Source: Acidimicrobiia bacterium | GTDB taxonomy: Bacteria; Actinomycetota; Acidimicrobiia; IMCC26256; PALSA-610 | Reading direction: 5' to 3' | NCBI GenBank assembly: GCA_038240075.1 | Contig: JBBSEC010000008.1 | Coordinates: forward strand, 18-64,017 | Length of the DNA: 64,000 bases | In this document: piece by piece, positions 8,491-16,831 of the stretch | How the letters are laid out: each line of letters begins with the position of its first letter | How positions within the stretch are numbered: the first letter of the stretch is position 1 | The notes under the pieces: model-generated | The model's database searches: none | Told to the model about the DNA's origin: nothing | The model's input: only the letters and a program-made list of their open reading frames with translations | Program-made: the position numbers and the translations under genes

Positions 8491-9723
8491 ATGCCGGTTC
8501 GCCGGGTTGCCGTCCTCAGCGTCCACACCTCGCCGCTCGCCCAGCCGGGTGCAGGCGACGGTGGAGGAATGAACGTCTACGTCCGAGCGCTCGCGGCCGG
8601 GCTCGCCCACGCGGGTGTCGAGTGCGACGTCTTCACCCGTCGCGAAGACCCCTCGTCGGCCACCGTCACACGCGTCGAAGACCGCTTTCGCGTCGTGCAC
8701 CTCGACGTCGGGCCGAGCGGTCCAATGGCGCTGCACGATCTGACCGCGCTCATCGATCCGTTCTCCGACGCGGTGCTCGATCACATGCGCAGCACCGGCG
8801 ACGAGTACGACGTGCTGCACGCCAACTACTGGATCTCGGGTGCGGTCGGCCATCGACTCAAGCACGCCCTCGACCGGCCGCTCGTCGCCACGTTCCACAC
8901 GCTCGCGCGGGTCAAGGCCGAAGCCGGCTTCGACGACGAGCCCGAACAGCGCGCGCGGCTCGAGCACGAAATCATCGACTGCGCCGACCTCATGCTCGCG
9001 TCGACCGCCGAAGAGCGGATGCAGCTCGCGGCGCTCTACGGCGCGGAGCCGTCGCGCATCGAGATCGTGCCGCCGGGTGTCGACCACTCGGTGTTCCGCC
9101 CGAGCCCCGGGCACGGTGCCGCGCTGCGCGAGCAGCTCGGTCTCGGCGACCGGCCCATGCTGTTGTTCGTCGGTCGCATCCAGCCGCTCAAGGGTGTCGA
9201 CGTCGCGTTGCGCGCGCTGGCGGAGCTCGACGACCAGACCGCGACGCTCGTCGTCGTCGGCGGTCCGAGCGGTCCGTCGGGCACCTCGGAGTCGGAGCGC
9301 CTCCACGCGCTGGTCGACGAGCTCGGCCTCGCGTCGCGCGTGGTGTTCCTCCCACCTCAGCCCCACGACGCGCTCGCCGACTTCTACCGCGCCGCGGATG
9401 TGTGCGTGGTGCCGTCGCGCAGTGAATCGTTCGGTCTTGTCGCGCTCGAAGCCGCCGCGTGCGGCACCCCCGTCGTTGCCGCGGCGGTCGGAGGTCTGCG
9501 CTCGCTCGTCGACGACGGCGTCACCGGATTCCTCGTCGAAGGCCACGAACCGGCCGATTACGCGACGCCACTCTCGTACCTGCTCGGTGACCCGTTGCGC
9601 GCGGCCGAGATGGGTGAGGCCGCCGTCGCGCGCTCGGGTCGCTATTCGTGGAGCATCACCGCGGCGCGGTTGCGCCGTCTCTACGGCGACCTCGTCGCAC
9701 GCAGCCTCGTTCAGTGCCGCTGA
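8491..9723 (+). CDS. mshA: D-inositol-3-phosphate glycosyltransferase (mycothiol biosynthesis)
   Basis: SVHTSPLAQPGAGDGGGMNVYV, HANYWISG, FVGRIQPLKG, PSRSESFGLVALEA; ybjN-like gene downstream as in other actinobacteria. Confidence 0.88.
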   Translation: MPVRRVAVLSVHTSPLAQPGAGDGGGMNVYVRALAAGLAHAGVECDVFTRREDPSSATVTRVEDRFRVVHLDVGPSGPMALHDLTALIDPFSDAVLDHMRSTGDEYDVLHANYWISGAVGHRLKHALDRPLVATFHTLARVKAEAGFDDEPEQRARLEHEIIDCADLMLASTAEERMQLAALYGAEPSRIEIVPPGVDHSVFRPSPGHGAALREQLGLGDRPMLLFVGRIQPLKGVDVALRALAELDDQTATLVVVGGPSGPSGTSESERLHALVDELGLASRVVFLPPQPHDALADFYRAADVCVVPSRSESFGLVALEAAACGTPVVAAAVGGLRSLVDDGVTGFLVEGHEPADYATPLSYLLGDPLRAAEMGEAAVARSGRYSWSITAARLRRLYGDLVARSLVQCR

Positions 9724-10202
9724 GCGACCAGGCACACCCGGACGACGCGCACCCGGGCGCATCGCCCGACCCCGCGCGGTACGCCGCCGCGCACGCGTTG
9801 CTCGCCGGTCACCTCGAAGGTGAGGTCAGTCGCGAGCCGTGGGTGCAGGTCGTCGAGTACGACGCGAGCATCCCGCGCTGGTACGTGCGCTTCGGTTGCG
9901 ACGGTCGCGACGCGGCGACGATCTATTTCGACCTGCACCAGCGCACCCTGCGCTACGAGCTCTACTTCGTTCCCGACCCTCCCGGCCACCACGAGGACCT
10001 GTACCGGTTCCTGCTCCAACGCAACCACTCCCTGTACGGCGCGCGCTTCTCGATCGGCCCCGACGGCGACGTCTACCTCACGGGGCGCACGCTGCTCGAG
10101 CACCTCGACGTCGAGGAGCTCGACCGCATCATCGGGGTGCTCTACGAGTTGGTGGAGCAGTGGTTCCAGCCGGTGATCCGCCTCGCCTTCCGACGGAGCT
10201 GA
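9714..10202 (+). CDS. YbjN-domain protein (T3SS chaperone-like fold)
   Basis: HEDLYRFLLQRN..LYGARFSIGPDGDVYLTG..ELDRIIG; position after mshA; start uncertain. Confidence 0.75.
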   Translation: MPLSDQAHPDDAHPGASPDPARYAAAHALLAGHLEGEVSREPWVQVVEYDASIPRWYVRFGCDGRDAATIYFDLHQRTLRYELYFVPDPPGHHEDLYRFLLQRNHSLYGARFSIGPDGDVYLTGRTLLEHLDVEELDRIIGVLYELVEQWFQPVIRLAFRRS

Positions 10203-10252
10203 CGTTCGTCTCGCCCAAGACGTCAGCATGTCGGACATTGCGTCTGACTGGC

Positions 10253-10282
10253 TTGCATCCCATCATCGTGGTCGGATACCTT
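10253..10282 (+). promoter_or_regulatory. Housekeeping-sigma promoter (TTGCAT-N18-TACCTT)
   Basis: -35 at 10253-10258, -10 at 10277-10282; the predicted start coincides with the 5' end of the hairpin at ~10288. Confidence 0.5.
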
Positions 10283-10287
10283 GCGTC

Positions 10288-10360
10288 CGGGCCCGAGGTG
10301 CAACGGCTCCCGTCGTTCGGGGAAGTACGGCGGGACGTCGAGGTTCCTCGGGCCCGTTTC
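10288..10360 (+). ncRNA. Candidate ~70-nt structured small RNA (unassigned)
   Basis: Outer 11-bp stem cgggcccgagg/cctcgggcccg, 5x5 internal loop, inner ~13-bp stem, then tttc; promoter directly upstream. Confidence 0.4.
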
Positions 10361-10390
10361 CGCGCACGGTCACCCCGGCGCCCGCTCCGG

Positions 10391-10450
10391 TCCTTGGTAC
10401 TGCACCTATGACGCATACGACATAGGTGCAGCACCAAGGACGGGTTTTCG
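10391..10450. repeat. Palindromic REP-like element, copy 1
   Basis: 20-bp arms tccttggtactgcacctatg / cataggtgcagcaccaagga (1 mismatch), 10-nt loop; second copy at ~45598-45654. Confidence 0.8.
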
Positions 10451-10579
10451 GCTGCCTGAGGCCACGGTGAGCCGTGCGACACGAGCCGCGGTCGGCACCC
10501 GGGTGCGCTCCCTGCGGGGGTTTGCGGTGACCCACGACTCCGCGCTCCGGATCGCCGCGCGGTCGGTAGCCTCCGGCGT

Positions 10580-11398
10580 ATGACTCGCGTGGCGCTGCTC
10601 GGCGGCGGAAAGATGGGCGGCGCCCTGGTGGGTGGGCTCCTCGCCGCCGATTTCGAAGGGGCCGACCTCGCGGTCGCGGAGGTCGACGCCGAGCGTCGTC
10701 GCGAGCTCGAAGGCCGCTTCCCCGACGTGCGCGTGGTGCCGAGCGTCTCGTGGGCGGTCGCCGACGCCGACGTCGTGGTCGTGTGCCTGAAGCCCGCCGA
10801 CGTCGCCCCTGCGCTCGACGCCGCCGGCGCGGCACTCGGCACCGACGCGTTGGTCCTGTCGATCGCGGCCGGCGTCACGATCGCCGCCCTCGAGGCCGCG
10901 GCTCCCGGACGTCCCGTCGTGCGCGCGATGCCGAACACGCCCGCGACCATCGGGCTCGGCGCGGCTGCGATCGCGGCGGGATCGCACGCCAACGACGGCC
11001 ACCTCGACCTCGCAGAGACGTTGCTCGGCGCGCTCGGCCTCGTCGTCCGCCTGCCCGAGCACCTGCTCGATGCCGTCACCGGGCTGTCGGGCTCAGGCCC
11101 GGCGTACCTGTTCCTCGTCGCCGAGGCGCTCGTCGAGGCGGGCGTGCTCGTCGGGTTGCCGCGCGACGTCGCGAGCCTGCTCGTGAACCAGACGCTGCTC
11201 GGCGCGTCGACGCTGCTGGCGCAGGGCGACGAAGGTCCCGAGGCGTTGCGCGCCGCGGTCACGTCGCCGGGTGGCACCACCGCGGCCGGCCTGCGCAGCC
11301 TCGAGGCGGCGGGCGTGCGCAGCGCGTTCATCGACGCCGTCGTCGCCGCCACGCGCCGCTCCGGAGAGCTTGGCGGACGACCCGCGACCGGGGTCTGA
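10580..11398 (+). CDS. proC: Pyrroline-5-carboxylate reductase
   Basis: GGGKMG, SIAAG, RAMPNTPA, TGLSGSGPAY, VTSPGGTT; leaderless TAGCCT-N7-ATG. Confidence 0.96.
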   Translation: MTRVALLGGGKMGGALVGGLLAADFEGADLAVAEVDAERRRELEGRFPDVRVVPSVSWAVADADVVVVCLKPADVAPALDAAGAALGTDALVLSIAAGVTIAALEAAAPGRPVVRAMPNTPATIGLGAAAIAAGSHANDGHLDLAETLLGALGLVVRLPEHLLDAVTGLSGSGPAYLFLVAEALVEAGVLVGLPRDVASLLVNQTLLGASTLLAQGDEGPEALRAAVTSPGGTTAAGLRSLEAAGVRSAFIDAVVAATRRSGELGGRPATGV

Positions 11399-11492
11399 AA
11401 CCCGCCCAAAAGGGTTTGACCCTGGTCACACTCGACAACACGGGCAACCCGGCGTACAGTTCTGCCGAGCGGTCGGAGTAGGGAGAATCCGC

Positions 11493-11687
11493 GTGGCGCA
11501 GGGGCTGAGCAAGGCGCGCTTTCTGACAGTTCAGGAAGTCGCGGATCTGATGCGGGTATCGTCGATGACGGTCTACCGGCTGATCAAGGCGGGCGATTTG
11601 CCGGCTGTACGCGTTGGGCGGTCTTTCCGGGTGTCGGAGTTGGATGTCGACACCTACCTCGCCTCTCGCTACACGCAAGCCGGCTGA
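11493..11687 (+). CDS. Small excisionase-like HTH_17 DNA-binding protein (Rv0500A/BldC-type)
   Basis: RFLTVQEVADLMRVSSMTVYRLIKAGDLPAVRVGRSFRV; GGGAG SD before GTG; conserved position after proC. Confidence 0.88.
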   Translation: MAQGLSKARFLTVQEVADLMRVSSMTVYRLIKAGDLPAVRVGRSFRVSELDVDTYLASRYTQAG

Positions 11688-11703
11688 ACGGACGCGCGGC
11701 GGT

Positions 11704-11722
11704 ACGGAGCCTCCGGCTCCGT
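11704..11722 (+). terminator. Possible hairpin terminator
   Basis: acggagcc-tcc-ggctccgt right after the HTH gene; no U-tract. Confidence 0.3.
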
Positions 11723-11758
11723 CACCGGGGGCTTCTGCGCGCTACGTTCAGGATTGTC

Positions 11759-12607
11759 GTGTCTGAGCAGCTGGGGTTCGTCTCGTTCCTGTCCGATTAC
11801 GGGCACAGTGACGAGTTCGTCGGTGTCTGCAAGGGCGTGATGCTGGGCATCGCGCCCCATCTGACGATCCTCGACGTCACCCACGACGTCGCCGCGTTCG
11901 ACGTCCGGGCCGGCGCCCTCGCCCTGTCGCGGGCGGTTCAGTACCTGCCCGCCGGGGTCGTGCTGGCGATCGTCGATCCCGGCGTCGGGACGGCCCGCCG
12001 CTGCGTGGCCGTCGCGGTCGAGAACGGCTACCTGGTCGGTCCCGACAACGGGCTGCTGGCGCCGGCCGTCGCCATGCTGGGTGGGCCGCAGCAGACGGTG
12101 GCGCTCACGAGTGCGGAACACCGGCTGGATGCGCCCGGCGTCACGTTCGCGGGCCGCGACATCATGGCCCCCGCGGCGGCGTACCTGGCCGACGGCACGC
12201 CGCTCACCGACCTGGGCGAGGAGATCGACCCGGTGACACTGGTGCCGGGCATGGTGCCGCTCCCGACCGAGTCCGACGACGGCGTGCTGGCCGGCGAGGT
12301 GCTGTGGGTCGACCACTTCGGCAACTGCCAGCTCAACCTCGATGCCGACATGCTGCGCGCCCGTGATCTCGGGCCCGGCGCGGGCTTCGAGATCCAGATC
12401 GGCGAGGTGTCGGGGCGGGTCCGGTGGGTCGACACCTTCTCGGAGGCCAAACCGTCCGAGCTCGTGGTGCTGGTCGACTCGTACGGCCTGCTCGCCCTCG
12501 CCCTCGACCGCCAGAGCGCCGCGACGCGGCACAAGCTCAGGGTCGGGACGGCTGTCACCCTGATCCCGCCGGGCGCCACCGTTCCAGCCGTCGGGAGCCC
12601 CGAATGA
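11759..12607 (+). CDS. SAM hydroxide adenosyltransferase / chlorinase-fluorinase family (DUF62)
   Basis: SDYG, DVTH, IVDPGVGT, VGPDNG, TFAGRDIMAP, VDHFGN. Confidence 0.9.
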   Translation: MSEQLGFVSFLSDYGHSDEFVGVCKGVMLGIAPHLTILDVTHDVAAFDVRAGALALSRAVQYLPAGVVLAIVDPGVGTARRCVAVAVENGYLVGPDNGLLAPAVAMLGGPQQTVALTSAEHRLDAPGVTFAGRDIMAPAAAYLADGTPLTDLGEEIDPVTLVPGMVPLPTESDDGVLAGEVLWVDHFGNCQLNLDADMLRARDLGPGAGFEIQIGEVSGRVRWVDTFSEAKPSELVVLVDSYGLLALALDRQSAATRHKLRVGTAVTLIPPGATVPAVGSPE

Positions 12608-12693
12608 GACGCGGAACGAGCCTGATCCTGGTCGCGCTGCTGGTGTTGATCCTGCTCGCGTCGCTGATGCAGTTCTTCATTCAGGGCCGCTGA
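12604..12693 (+). CDS. Putative 29-aa single-TM small protein
   Basis: MRRGTSLILVALLVLILLASLMQFFIQGR; ATGA overlap with the DUF62 stop; basic N-terminus plus hydrophobic helix. Confidence 0.55.
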   Translation: MRRGTSLILVALLVLILLASLMQFFIQGR

Positions 12694-12751
12694 CCAGGCC
12701 ATCTAGAAAAGCCACGGATAGTGGCAGAACTTCGCTCAAGTCGCGCTCTCC

Positions 12752-12884
12752 GCGAGCCGTAACTAGGGGCACACCCCCCTGAGGGGTCACAGATCCGGGG
12801 TTCCGGTTCGTGGGCGTGGGCGGCACGGCAGATCGGCGCGATGCACCAGCATCCCGCCGATGTTCGTGCAATGCCTCCCAGCCC
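12752..12884. ncRNA. Candidate two-hairpin structured RNA (unassigned)
   Basis: Hairpin 1 12752-12811 (gcgagccg/cggttcgt, aact/ggtt, inner cccc/gggg); hairpin 2 12812-12884 (core atcggcg-c-gatgc / gcatc-c-cgccgat). Confidence 0.35.
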
Positions 12885-12940
12885 GCCCCAGAAACGTCCG
12901 CACCCGCGGCCGGAGCCCCGTATTCCTGAGCGGTTCTCCC

Positions 12941-13134
12941 TCGCTCACTCCTGCGCCGCCCGGCTCCACCGTCCGCTTCTCCCTCGGACTGTGGTCGGCG
13001 GCTGGTTCGTTCCAACTTGTTTCGCTCACTCCTGCGCCGCCCGGCTCCACCGTCCGCTTCTCCCTCGGACTGTGGTCGGCGGCTGGTTCGTTCGCTGGCG
13101 AGCTTGACGCTCGCTTCGCTCACGCCTGCGCCGC
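12941..13134. repeat. Tandem MIRU-like repeat: two identical 72-bp units (81-bp period) plus a partial third
   Basis: tcgctcactcctgcgccgcc...ggctggttcgttc at 12941-13012 and 13022-13093; tcgctcacgcctgcgccgc at 13116-13134. Confidence 0.9.
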
Positions 13135-13183
13135 GCCTGACCGGCACCGGAGTGGCGGAGGCGGGCGCCGGTACGATCCCGGC

Positions 13184-14707
13184 ATGAATCTCGCTTCGGT
13201 GCTGCTGGCGCGCGTCGCAACCGATGGCGATGCGATCGCGCTGCGCGCCGAAGCCGGAGCGAGCGCCGTCAGCTACGCCGAGCTCGACGACCGCTCGGGA
13301 GTCCTCGCCGGCGCGCTCCGCGAACGGCTCACGCCCGGTTCGCGCGTCGCCATCGTCACGGGCAACGTCCCCCTGTTCGTCGTGGCCTACCTCGCGTCCC
13401 TGCGCGCGGGCATGGTCGCGGTCCCGCTCGACCCGACGGCGCCCGCACGGGAGCTGAGTCGCGCGCTCACGATCGTGGGCGCCGAGCTGGTGATCGTCTC
13501 CGAGACCTACGGCGCGCACCGCGGGCTCGACGAGTGCGAGACCATCGCCTTCGACGCAGCAGGAATCGTGGCCGGCCTCGCGGCTCCTGCGACGCGCGAG
13601 ATCGCGCCGGTCGCCGCCGGCGATCCGGCCGTGCTGCTCTTCACGTCGGGCACCGCGGGGGCGCCGAAGCCGGCGATCCTCACGCATGGATCGCTCGCCG
13701 CGAACCTCGAGCAGGTGCAGCGGCACCCGGGCCTCGCGCTCCGGTCCGACGACATCGGGCTCGGGTTGCTCCCGTTCTTCCACATCTTCGGGCTCAACGT
13801 CGCGCTCGGTCTGCCGCTCGCGGCCGGCGCGTCGGTAGCGATCATTGAGCGCTTCGATCCGGCCGGTTCGCTCGCGCGGGTGCGCGATGCCGGCGTCACC
13901 GTGATCGCGGGCGTGCCGGCGGTCTTCTCCGCGTGGCTGGAACTCGCCGAGGCCCAGGCACCGAAGGCCGCGTTCGCCACGGTGCGCATGGCGGTCTCGG
14001 GCGCGGCGGCGCTTCCCGTGGAGGTCGCGGCGGCGATGCACGAGCGCTTCGGTGTCGACGTCCGCGAGGGCTACGGCCTCACCGAAGCCTCGCCCATCGT
14101 CGCGACGGCGGCGCTCGGCGGACCGGCACGGCCGGGATCGATCGGGCCGCCGCTCCCGGGTGTCGACGTGCGCCTGCTCGACCACGATGGCACCGACGTG
14201 CTCGTCGGCGATCCCGGCGAGATCTGGGTGCGTGGCCCCAACGTGTTCGCGGGGTACTGGAACGACGTCGACGCGACCGCGCGCGTGCTCGACGCCGACG
14301 GATGGCTCCACACCGGTGATCTCGCGATCGTCGACGACGACGGTTGGTTGCGGCTCGTCGACCGCGCGAAAGATCTGATCATCGTCTCCGGCTTCAACGT
14401 GTACCCGGCCGAGGTCGAAGACGCGCTGGTCGAGCACCCCGACGTCGCCGAGGCCGCCGTGGTCGGTGTCGCGGATCCGAAGTCAGGCGAGGCGGTGGTC
14501 GCGTACGTCGTCCCGTGCGACGGCGCGAAACCCACGTGGACCGAGCTGACCGCGCATCTCCGTCGCCGCCTCGCGCGGTACAAGCTGCCGAGCCGCATCG
14601 AGCTCGTGAACGAGCTTCCTCACAACTACGCGGGCAAGGTCTCGCGTCGCGAGCTGCGGGCGCTCGCAGGTCGCGGTACCGACGACGCGACTGCGAACCC
14701 CGCGTAG
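13184..14707 (+). CDS. Long-chain acyl-CoA ligase (AMP-binding enzyme, FadD-like)
   Basis: FTSGTAGAPK, EGYGLTE, GWLHTGD, RAKDLIIVSGFNVYPAEVE; leaderless TACGAT-N6-ATG. Confidence 0.92.
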   Translation: MNLASVLLARVATDGDAIALRAEAGASAVSYAELDDRSGVLAGALRERLTPGSRVAIVTGNVPLFVVAYLASLRAGMVAVPLDPTAPARELSRALTIVGAELVIVSETYGAHRGLDECETIAFDAAGIVAGLAAPATREIAPVAAGDPAVLLFTSGTAGAPKPAILTHGSLAANLEQVQRHPGLALRSDDIGLGLLPFFHIFGLNVALGLPLAAGASVAIIERFDPAGSLARVRDAGVTVIAGVPAVFSAWLELAEAQAPKAAFATVRMAVSGAAALPVEVAAAMHERFGVDVREGYGLTEASPIVATAALGGPARPGSIGPPLPGVDVRLLDHDGTDVLVGDPGEIWVRGPNVFAGYWNDVDATARVLDADGWLHTGDLAIVDDDGWLRLVDRAKDLIIVSGFNVYPAEVEDALVEHPDVAEAAVVGVADPKSGEAVVAYVVPCDGAKPTWTELTAHLRRRLARYKLPSRIELVNELPHNYAGKVSRRELRALAGRGTDDATANPA

Positions 14708-15345
14708 ATCACCGCGATCCCGGAAGCGAGCGTCGCGGCGAACGCCTGGTCCTTGCCGACCGCGCCTTGAATCAGCCCGCCGCTCGAGAGCACGAGGGTG
14801 CCCAGCGCGATGAGGCCGTTGCCGGCCGCGAGGCGCGAGGTCCCCGGCGCGCGCGAGCGTGCGAAGCGCACTGCCGACCAGATCGCGCCGACGAGCACAA
14901 CGGTCGCACCGACTCCGCTCGCCACACCGGCCAGGGCGCGCGGCATCACGCCGAAGTGGTCCTTTCCGATCGGGATGCCGCCGTCGGGCGCGATGTGTCC
15001 GTGGATCGGTGCGCTCAATACGACGCCGATCGCGAAGCCGGTGAAGAGGATCAGGCCCGTCTCCACGCGGTGGCCGACCTTCGCTCCCGCGAGGAGGTAG
15101 ACGGTGCCGAGCCCGAGCCACGGTACGCAGAGCACCGCGCCGAGGAGGTAGAACACCCGAAATGTCCCGAGATCCCACCCGGTGGACGCTCCGGTGGCGA
15201 GCGACGCCGACGCGAGGGCGAACAGTGCGAGGGCAATCGTCCACGCCCGCTCGTGCGGTTTGCGCTTCCGGGTGAAGCGCACGCCGGTGGCCTGGGCAAA
15301 CACGGTTGCGATCGCAGTCGCGAGGAAGGCGAGGCCGGCGACCAT
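14626..15345 (-). CDS. Multi-pass membrane protein of unknown function
   Basis: About 7 hydrophobic segments; GW..GTFRVFYLLGAVL.VPWL.LGTVYLL; start chosen at ATG 15345. Confidence 0.7.
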   Translation of the reverse strand: MVAGLAFLATAIATVFAQATGVRFTRKRKPHERAWTIALALFALASASLATGASTGWDLGTFRVFYLLGAVLCVPWLGLGTVYLLAGAKVGHRVETGLILFTGFAIGVVLSAPIHGHIAPDGGIPIGKDHFGVMPRALAGVASGVGATVVLVGAIWSAVRFARSRAPGTSRLAAGNGLIALGTLVLSSGGLIQGAVGKDQAFAATLASGIAVIYAGFAVASSVPRPASARSSRRETLPA

Positions 15346-15370
15346 CGCCCTCAAACCTACCGCTCCGACT

Positions 15371-15388
15371 TTGAGAATCCGGTCACAA
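15371..15388. promoter_or_regulatory. Rex operator (ROP)
   Basis: TTGAGAA-TCCG-GTCACAA vs consensus TTGTGAA-N4-TTCACAA (12/14); 5 nt upstream of a TACGCT -10 box preceding rex. Confidence 0.75.
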
Positions 15389-15401
15389 GGTCCTACGCTC
15401 G

Positions 15402-16151
15402 GTGAGAACAAGCCGCTTCGGACCTCGAACCAGGGAGCACTTCGTGGCCGTTCCCTCCCGGCGACGTATCCCCGAGGCGACGGTGGCCCGGCTGCCGCTC
15501 TACTACCGGGCGTTGCTCGAGGTCTCCGACGCCGAGGTGGGCACCGTCTCGTCCGAGCGTCTCGCCGAGCTGGCCGGTGTCAACGCGGCCAAGGTGCGCA
15601 AGGACCTGAGCTATCTCGGCTCCTACGGCACCCGCGGCGTCGGGTACGAGGTCGAATACCTGCTGCACGAGATCTCGCGCGAGCTCGGGCTCACGGAAGA
15701 CTGGCCGGTCGTGATCGTCGGGGTCGGAAATCTCGGTGCCGCGCTCGCGAACTACCGCGGGTTCGGCGCGCGCGGCTTCCGGGTGACGGCGCTCGTCGAC
15801 TCCGACCCGGACAAGATCGGGCGCCACATCGGGTCGCTCGTCGTGGAAGACCTCGAGACGCTCGCGAGCGTCGTCGAGACCCGCGCGATCGCCATCGGGA
15901 TCGTTGCGACGCCGGCGCAGGCCGCGCAGGAGGTCGCCGACCGGCTCGTCCACGCCGGCGTGCGTTCGATCCTCAACTTCGCACCGACCGTGATCACGGT
16001 CCCGAACCACGTGTCGTTGCGCAAGGTCGACCTCGCGACCGAGCTGCAGATCCTTTCGTTCTATCAACGCCGACTGACGGCCATGCCCAACGGTGGCGGT
16101 CCGGCCGGCGCGCCGACGGCGCGCACCGAGCGCACCGAGGAGCACTCGTGA
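15402..16151 (+). CDS. rex: Redox-sensing transcriptional repressor Rex
   Basis: IPEATVARLPLY, VRKDLSYLGSYGTRGVGY, VGVGNLG, ILNFAP; the true start may be GTG 15444. Confidence 0.96.
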   Translation: MRTSRFGPRTREHFVAVPSRRRIPEATVARLPLYYRALLEVSDAEVGTVSSERLAELAGVNAAKVRKDLSYLGSYGTRGVGYEVEYLLHEISRELGLTEDWPVVIVGVGNLGAALANYRGFGARGFRVTALVDSDPDKIGRHIGSLVVEDLETLASVVETRAIAIGIVATPAQAAQEVADRLVHAGVRSILNFAPTVITVPNHVSLRKVDLATELQILSFYQRRLTAMPNGGGPAGAPTARTERTEEHS

Positions 16152-16831
16152 GCCCGCCGAGCGACGCGGCCGACCCGGTTGACCCTGGCTCCCAAGCGCT
16201 CGGGCGGCCGGGGCTCGCGGGGTGGCCGGTCAACCTGCTCGTTCGTGACCGCCGGATCGTCGTGGTCGGCGCCGGGCGCATCGCGGCCCGCAAGATCGAG
16301 CCGCTGCTCCAGCTCGGTGCCGACGTCGCGGTGATCGCACCCGAGGTCGGTCCGGAGGTGCGGGCGTGGCACGCCGCCGGGCGCCTCGAGCTCCACGAGC
16401 GTGCCTTCCGGCCCGACGATCTCGACGGTGCGTGGCTTGCGGTGACGGCGACCTCCACGGCGGCGGTCAACGAGGCGGCGAAACAGGCGGGCGACGAGCG
16501 CCGGATCTTCGTGAACGCCGCCGACGATCCGGCCAACTGCTCCTTTACGCTGATGTCAGTGGTACGCCAGAACGACATCGTCGTCGCGATCGGGACCGGC
16601 GGCCGCAGCCCCGCCCTCGCGACCTGGCTCAAGCGCCATGTTCAGGGCGAGATGGGGGCTGAGTACGCGACGCTCCTCGAGCTGCTCTCCGAGGCGCGCG
16701 AAGAGCTCCGTTCCGGGGGCGCCAGTTCCGAGGACGCCGATTGGCAACGCGCCTTCGATTCCGGCATTCTCGACCTTGTCAGGGCGGGACGAATCGACGA
16801 GGCGAAGGAGTTGCTCCGCACGTGTCTCTGA
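16148..16831 (+). CDS. Precorrin-2 dehydrogenase / sirohydrochlorin ferrochelatase (CysG N-terminal/SirC-like)
   Basis: VVVGAGRIAARK, VNAADDPANCSF, IGTGGRSPALA; GTGA overlap with rex. Confidence 0.9.
   Translation: MSPPSDAADPVDPGSQALGRPGLAGWPVNLLVRDRRIVVVGAGRIAARKIEPLLQLGADVAVIAPEVGPEVRAWHAAGRLELHERAFRPDDLDGAWLAVTATSTAAVNEAAKQAGDERRIFVNAADDPANCSFTLMSVVRQNDIVVAIGTGGRSPALATWLKRHVQGEMGAEYATLLELLSEAREELRSGGASSEDADWQRAFDSGILDLVRAGRIDEAKELLRTCL

Noticed and set aside
10288-10360. Hairpin as SRP RNA or 6C RNA
   Set aside because: Lacks the SRP CAGG/AGCA loop with GNRA tetraloop and the C-rich loops of 6C; kept only as an unassigned candidate
11493-11687. Excisionase-like gene as a prophage/ICE marker
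   Set aside because: It matches the chromosomal Rv0500A/BldC-type HTH normally found after proC; no integrase or phage genes nearby
11688-11758. Expected bS22 (Rv0500B-like) ribosomal protein gene after the HTH gene
   Set aside because: No Lys/Arg-rich MGS..KKRRK ORF found in this interval
11759-12607. DUF62 gene as a halogenase (fluorinase/chlorinase)
   Set aside because: Most family members are SAM hydroxide adenosyltransferases; there is no biosynthetic cluster context and I cannot discriminate by eye
12941-13134. Tandem repeats as a CRISPR array
   Set aside because: Units are 72 bp and identical with only 9-22 bp between them; there are no unique spacers and no cas genes
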